64,000 nucleotides of DNA from Bugula neritina (lineage: Eukaryota > Animalia > Bryozoa): positions 11,708,722-11,772,721 of the forward strand of contig OZ037766.1 in the NCBI GenBank assembly GCA_964035545.1, read 5' to 3'. How positions within the stretch are numbered: position 1 is the stretch's first letter; every line of letters begins with the position of its first letter. The notes beneath the pieces are model-generated. The model worked only from the letters and a program-made list of their open reading frames with translations, was not told the origin of the DNA and ran no database searches. Shown here in pieces: positions 58,001-64,000 of the stretch. A program made the translations under genes and the position numbers.

Positions 58001-59169
58001 AGTCTTTGTGTTGGAGTGCTAGTATACTAGAGTTATTGTAAAGATATAGCAAATTTTATAGTCCTCAAGCTTTACAAGTAATTGATTTTCTTTTAGAGGT
58101 ACTACATTTTAAATCTGCACCTTTTATTAATTTGTCAAAATCAAAAATTGTACCTTTTCTAGAAGCTTGCAACGTATTTTGCTAAAACATTTCTTTGAGT
58201 ATGCCCTTAATAATACAAATATGTAGTATTATGTAAAGCAGTTAGCTATAAATATTATAGACAGGTATTACATAATGTATTTTTGGTTTTTTATATTTAA
58301 ACTCTATAGTAAAAATAGTACATACGGTTGTGAAATAAGAATTACTGTCAGGGCTCATGGTGAACTAGTACTGCTGCTAGTTGAATAACTGTTTGACAGC
58401 CAGTGAAAGTGTTTTTACGCACTTTTTACATCTATTTTCAATGTTTTCAATAAAGTATTTAGTTTAAAAATACTTGGTTCATAAATATGCATTGTATAAT
58501 TTTTAATTTATCTGTCTGTGCCTTCCTGAGCCATCTCAACCCTCTGCACTTCCTTTCCTGAGTTTCAAGTTGTGCTAATGGCATTACTGGCACAAAGCCA
58601 TTGATTGTGACATTCTGCCATGTCTGCTTTAAAAAATCATGCAAACCCTATGCCTCATGATAATCATTCTACTCACTGCAGATCTTTCTGTTAAATTGTG
58701 TTCTTTTCTGCTATTGTTTGGTATTGTATTATACTCATTGACAACTTTAGGCTCAAATAGTTCAACTTAATGACAATCTCTAGTTAGTACTACTACTACT
58801 TCCACTTGTAATACTACTACCACCACTACTACTGCTGCTGCTGCTGCAGTGCTATTACTTGTATATATTCCTATATAAATAGAGAACTGTTTATAAAGTA
58901 ATTAAAAGATAATTACAGTTTGATGGATTCCCAACATTACAGTCTCCTATGTTCTGTGTTGCAGTAATTTATCCATTATTATAATATTATGCTCTGGTTA
59001 TTTTTTATTTTTACATCTTATCAGTAAATTTATCATTTCTGTTGAATGTTTATCTCAGTTATTAATTTTTTATAGGACGAAAATACAAGCGAAAGTAAGT
59101 TTCTACACACTTACAGATCAACCTATGTCCAGCTTCTCATAACCTCTTGCTTTCTTACTTATCAATAGC

Positions 59170-62100
59170 ATGCTGTCTCAAAAAAGGCGGAAGAAGCGGC
59201 AACTACATGGATTAAGGACTGTAGAGTTGCAGAGAAGCAAACAAGGCTATGGATTCACCATATCTGGTCAGCAGCCGTGTGTTTTGGGGAATATTATAGC
59301 TGGCAGTCCTGCTGATTTACAAGGTGCTGTATGTGTGCTAGTAATTAACAGTTTTTCCGTTGATGCTGTTGATCTGCGTTCCTAGCGTTCATTTAGTTTG
59401 CTTTACTCTCTGCTCCTATTTTTTGATCACCAGGCACCACCCTAGTAAATGGAATTACTTTGTGAACTTGGCAAGTCACATTCTTATAACGTTGTATTGT
59501 TGAGGCCATTAGGTTAATCTAAATGACACGCTTGAATCTAGTTGACTCTAATGATTATTCTTATCTACCCTAACACTAGTTACTCCTGATGCCTTGTTAT
59601 CCTCCTCAATATTTACATGTAACTATTCATTGTGATATCTAGTGATTCTCTATGATGCTTAGTTACTCACTATGATATTTAGGTAATCACGATGATATTT
59701 ACTTAGTCACTATGGTAGTATGTTACTCACTATGAGTTGAGTTACTCACTGTGATATTTATTTAGTCACTTAGTACTAATAACTGCTTTTCAATTCAATT
59801 CCGTCAAAAATATATTTAATAGTAATAGTTTCCAATCACTTAGGAATTATTTTCCCATCTAGACATGCACTGCTCCTCCACGAAAAACATTAACAAAACT
59901 GTAGTTCTTAATCTAAAAGCTTTCAACTACATTTCTCATTAGGCATTAGTTGTGCACTGTGGTACCTGGTTGTTAGCTGTAATTTCATCAATGGCTATGA
60001 AGTTCCTTTGCCGGAGCTGCCCCCTCAATAAAATCTATTTATAGAATATAGTCAAAGAATAAAGCTCAAAATTATAAGGTGTAACAGACTTGTGACAATA
60101 TTTTCTATAATTTTCTCAAAAATGGGCGTAAGAGCCTTGTTAAAACAACAGCTTTGATTTCATGCTGCTAAGTGTGCTAGTGGCCCACTCACTCACTCAC
60201 TCACTCACTCACTCACTCACTCACTCACTCACTCACTCACACTCACTCACACTCACTCACTCACTCACTCAAAAAAATTTCAGCTCAAATACTATAAGTA
60301 ATATTTGCATTTTGTATAATAAAAGGTGCAATACATATATGAACTGTATTTCTTGGCAAACACTTGGGATTTGTTACAACACTGCTTTAGTAACTTACGT
60401 CTTACAACATCCCTTTACATTTCTTGTTTTAATAGACTTGGCAATAGTTTGCTTATTGGAAGGTGATACTTTATACACATCAGGTTCCTACTGCTACTAT
60501 ACTGACAATAAATAAAGTTGAATCAACCCTGACTGTACTTATTCAAATAATAACCTATTTGCAGCCCTCTTATTATTCATTAGCCATTTTTTATAATTTT
60601 TCAAATAGTGCTTATAATGTACATATGCAACACACCAAGTCGAATTCACAATTATACAAGAACACTTGCTTTGTTTCACCATTTCTTGCTCATACTAGCT
60701 GTTCGAAAAGAAGTAAAATATGTTTACTATATATACAAATACTGCTGTCAAGATTATCTATAGGTTATGTTTAGCTAAATTACACCCATGTGGCTGCTAT
60801 ACTAGTGACGTCTAGTAGTTACTCCTCCTTATCAAAGGTTGATGGGAATATATAACACTGCTCGTAAAGTTCAAATGTTTACAGGTGTTAAATGGGTTGT
60901 ACTCTAAATGATAACATTAGAACAGTTTGAATTAATCCTAGAAAAAATCACCATTACATGTCATTATTTAATCTAATCTCCATGTTTTATAAAGTTTCAT
61001 TCAAAGTAAGCTTGATTTCAAATTTACCTTACCCTCTAAGTACAAGTAATGTAATCAATTCAAGCGCAACATTGGGCTATTTGTAATATTAATTTGAGTC
61101 TTAATCATTTTTTGCAAATCTAAATATAATTGGTATTTCTCAATTCAATAATTGTAAAAAAAAATAAAATGTAAATTATGTAGTTTTTAGCTGAAAAAAT
61201 CAGTCTTTGACTTCTAAATTTTATGATTTTGTGATTTCATCAAAAGTAATTGCTTGAAAGAAACCAGCTTTCCAAACAAAACACAGTGCCTGCTTTGGCT
61301 AAGGAGTTAGTCTGGTGTAGTTTTGCTTATATAAACAAGTCATTTTGCTACAAGTGCTTAGATTGAACTTTTTGCAGTTCAATAATACAAACAAATTAAA
61401 GGAACCTGTTTCAGAGTTAAATTTTCTATAAATAAAATTGGGTTATCATCAGCTGCTATTTTTCAGAATTGCACTTAATTTTAGCTTTTAAAAGTCTGTT
61501 AGGTGCGTTGATTAGATTTTCTCTTAATATGGCCTTATAAATATTGATTTGGCCTTTGGAATCAGATTTATTCTTTTCATGGTCAGATAACTTCTTATGG
61601 TACCCATCTACCCATACGCTTCCCGCCAGACTTTGATAATGGTTGTAGTCTGTGTTTACATGAGACATGTGTTTGTGCTTAGTCAATTTTTTTTTCAATT
61701 TATTTTTCTTTTATGAATAATTGGAAACCACTCAGTGCTAATACTAGGTACTTGCTGCAGGCTAGATTTAGATTGACTAATAAATGTTATGACAATTGTG
61801 GTCAACAGCTGAAAATTTGGGGTGAGAGTTGAAGATAATGTGGACAGTGTTTAGACTTTAGCTTGATCATTGCTGTTGCAGCTCTTTGATCGGCACTCAT
61901 ATTTCCACAAACAGGTGCTATTACAGTTAAATCTTTGCACTCCTATATTTACTACTAAGATTCAAACTGATTACTAAATTTACTGTAATGAACCCAACTA
62001 TGTGAATTTAATAAACAAAATAATTCTCATTTGGGAAAGTGTGCATCGCAAATCTCCCATTTTATTTATTTTTTGAATGAAATAATAAAAATGAGTACAT

Positions 62101-63588
62101 ATTTAAGCATTGAAAACATGACCACGCGGGTGAGCTAATGACCAACTTAAAGCAACTAACTCAAAAACCGAACTTGATTTTCTTGGCATAGACTTGAGTA
62201 GTTATTATTCTACGTTTGGGAATAATTAAAAATTTGTTAAAGAAATGGAGTTATGCTGCTTTTAAAAGACCAAATGATCCACTCTACTCTAACAACAAAC
62301 ATAGGCCAGTGAATGTTGACTGCCATTATATTATATTATTCTATTTTTATACCAAGAGAGTCTTGATACCAATAATGGTATTAATCCATGTGTGCTGATG
62401 ATTATCGGTGGCCTATATAAATCTTGAGTTCGAGTGCACTGAACTAGCAAACATGAGGCATACAATAATAATTATAGTAAATTATAATGGTGGGCAGGTG
62501 CAGGCTAGTATGCATTATTACTAAAATTGACAATCCCAGCACGATGATAAAAACAGGAAATGCCAAAACTGGAAGTCTCTATTCTGTCAGAACCTACAAT
62601 TTCAGCTGCACTTTGGCTACAGTTTCAAGTTACTACTCACACTCTCATCTCCTAAATATGATTTATTGTTGAACCATTCAATTACCTGAGTTATAATTTA
62701 GTTGCTATGTTTTTATACAGGATATTGTAAAGTAATGGAAGATTTTAGCTGATTTGTTATGAAACTTTTGTTTTAGCTGCCTCCACAATAATTGGAGAAT
62801 ATACCTATAGTTTTACAAGCAGCCTAACTTAAATATTGGAAATTTCTAAATCCCAAACTTGTCAGTATGATTTAATATTGGTTAAACAATGCTCATTAAA
62901 ATTGTTTTGTGTTTTCAAAATTTTCTTCACTGGTGACTCTGTAGCTATTCATGCTATAAGTTACATAATAGTCTTTTTAAAAGGTCTATATTTCTGGAGG
63001 TTAAGTTTGAGGCAAGTTCTTTTATATAGCCAACTAATAATTTTCACTTATATCAATGCTTTCCATCAGCAAAGTAGTGCTGTATTACTTCTACACCTCA
63101 AATTTTGATATTTTGCATTATATTTTTATCTTTCCGTTCATTAGACTCTATTGAAACTTAAGTTCGAGTATTTCTTGGTTGGAAATCATTAAATGGTCAT
63201 CTTAGCTATTTTGGCAGTAAATGTGAGATAACAACTCCTCAATCATTTTGTGATATTTACATGCAGGGTGATGATTATTTTGATCTAAACAATCTACATT
63301 ATTATAATATTCAGCAGTTGGTTTACCCTACTTTATCCTGTAGTTAAATTAAGCTTCTTATTTTAATACATATTATAATAGTATTTATTTATGTTGTACA
63401 GGTTTAAAGGATGGGGACCATCTGGTAACTGTTAATGGGTTAGCCGTGTCTCAATTATCACATGAAAAAGTAGTACGTGTGATCGGGTCTTGTAGTGGCA
63501 CCCTCAAAGTACAAATAGCTGAAATAGGTAGAACACAAGCTCAATACAATGATTCTGATTCTTCAGACGAACAATACGTGAAACCCAG
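59170..63588 (+). CDS. RGS12: RGS12/loco-like protein, N-terminal PDZ exons 59170-59323 and 63402-63588; continues beyond the window
   Basis: RTVELQRSKQGYGFTISGQQPCVL..IIAGSPAD|GLKDGD.LVTVNG..VS..SHEKVVRVIG.CSGTL...IAE matches the recalled RGS12 PDZ domain. Confidence 0.82.
60186..60270. repeat. (CACT)n microsatellite
   Basis: Seen directly. Confidence 0.95.
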
Positions 63589-64000
63589 GTAGGTAGTTGC
63601 TTGCAACATTACTCTTTTAGAGTTTATAGTGGCTGGTTTTTGTTTAACAATAAGGAACATAGTCATAATAGTATTCTCATTTGGTGTGAATAGATTATGT
63701 ATTTCTTGTATAAACATAAAGCTATAATTTCATTAAAGTTATACATCTATCAATAGATCTTTTTTGTAAAATTATAAACACTGGTGAAATGGCTGGTTTC
63801 AAATTCTTTTGAAAAAGTACTAAAACAACATGCTTTGAATTCAATGTTCTACTGGATGCTTAGGTTGCTGTATGGAATAGTTGTCATACCTTTACTCATT
63901 AAGTAAACCTAAGCTAACCTAATATCTGATTTTAAGCTTGTTTGGATTTCTTTAATCTCTGGCCATCTCATTGAAAATAATAGTCATAACTTAAAGGATT

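Noticed and set aside
60162-60515. ORF with HSLT repeats
   Set aside because: Product of a (CACT)n microsatellite within the RGS12 intron.

Overview
AT-rich, intron-dense animal genomic DNA, probably an invertebrate (the taxon cannot be fixed from this window). Seven protein-coding genes can be read. (1) The 3' part of a + strand membrane protein with IgGFc-binding N-terminal domain, Asp-rich Cys motif, collagen segment and EGF repeats, followed by two candidate alternative TM/tail last exons. (2) CLEC16A (-). (3) CDK2AP1-like (+). (4) DPH7 (+). (5) A non-alpha nicotinic-type Cys-loop receptor subunit (+). (6) eIF3A (-). (7) The PDZ-encoding 5' end of RGS12/loco (+). The main hidden structure is that eIF3A acts as a dense snoRNA host, with about 14 intronic snoRNA candidates on the sense strand. 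These are four near-identical U17/snR30 (SNORA73) copies (one in a 3'-UTR intron), two U22 (SNORD22)-like C/D RNAs, two SNORA13/snR35-like guides, one SNORA2/34-like guide and five further H/ACA-shaped RNAs. Other oddities are a 10x44-bp tandem array that multiplies a CLEC16A splice donor, a ~260-bp palindrome in the divergent CLEC16A/CDK2AP1 intergenic region, and an apparently promoter-less DPH7 start just behind CDK2AP1. All family assignments rest on recalled reference sequences and manual reading, not database searches. Exon coordinates are approximate.
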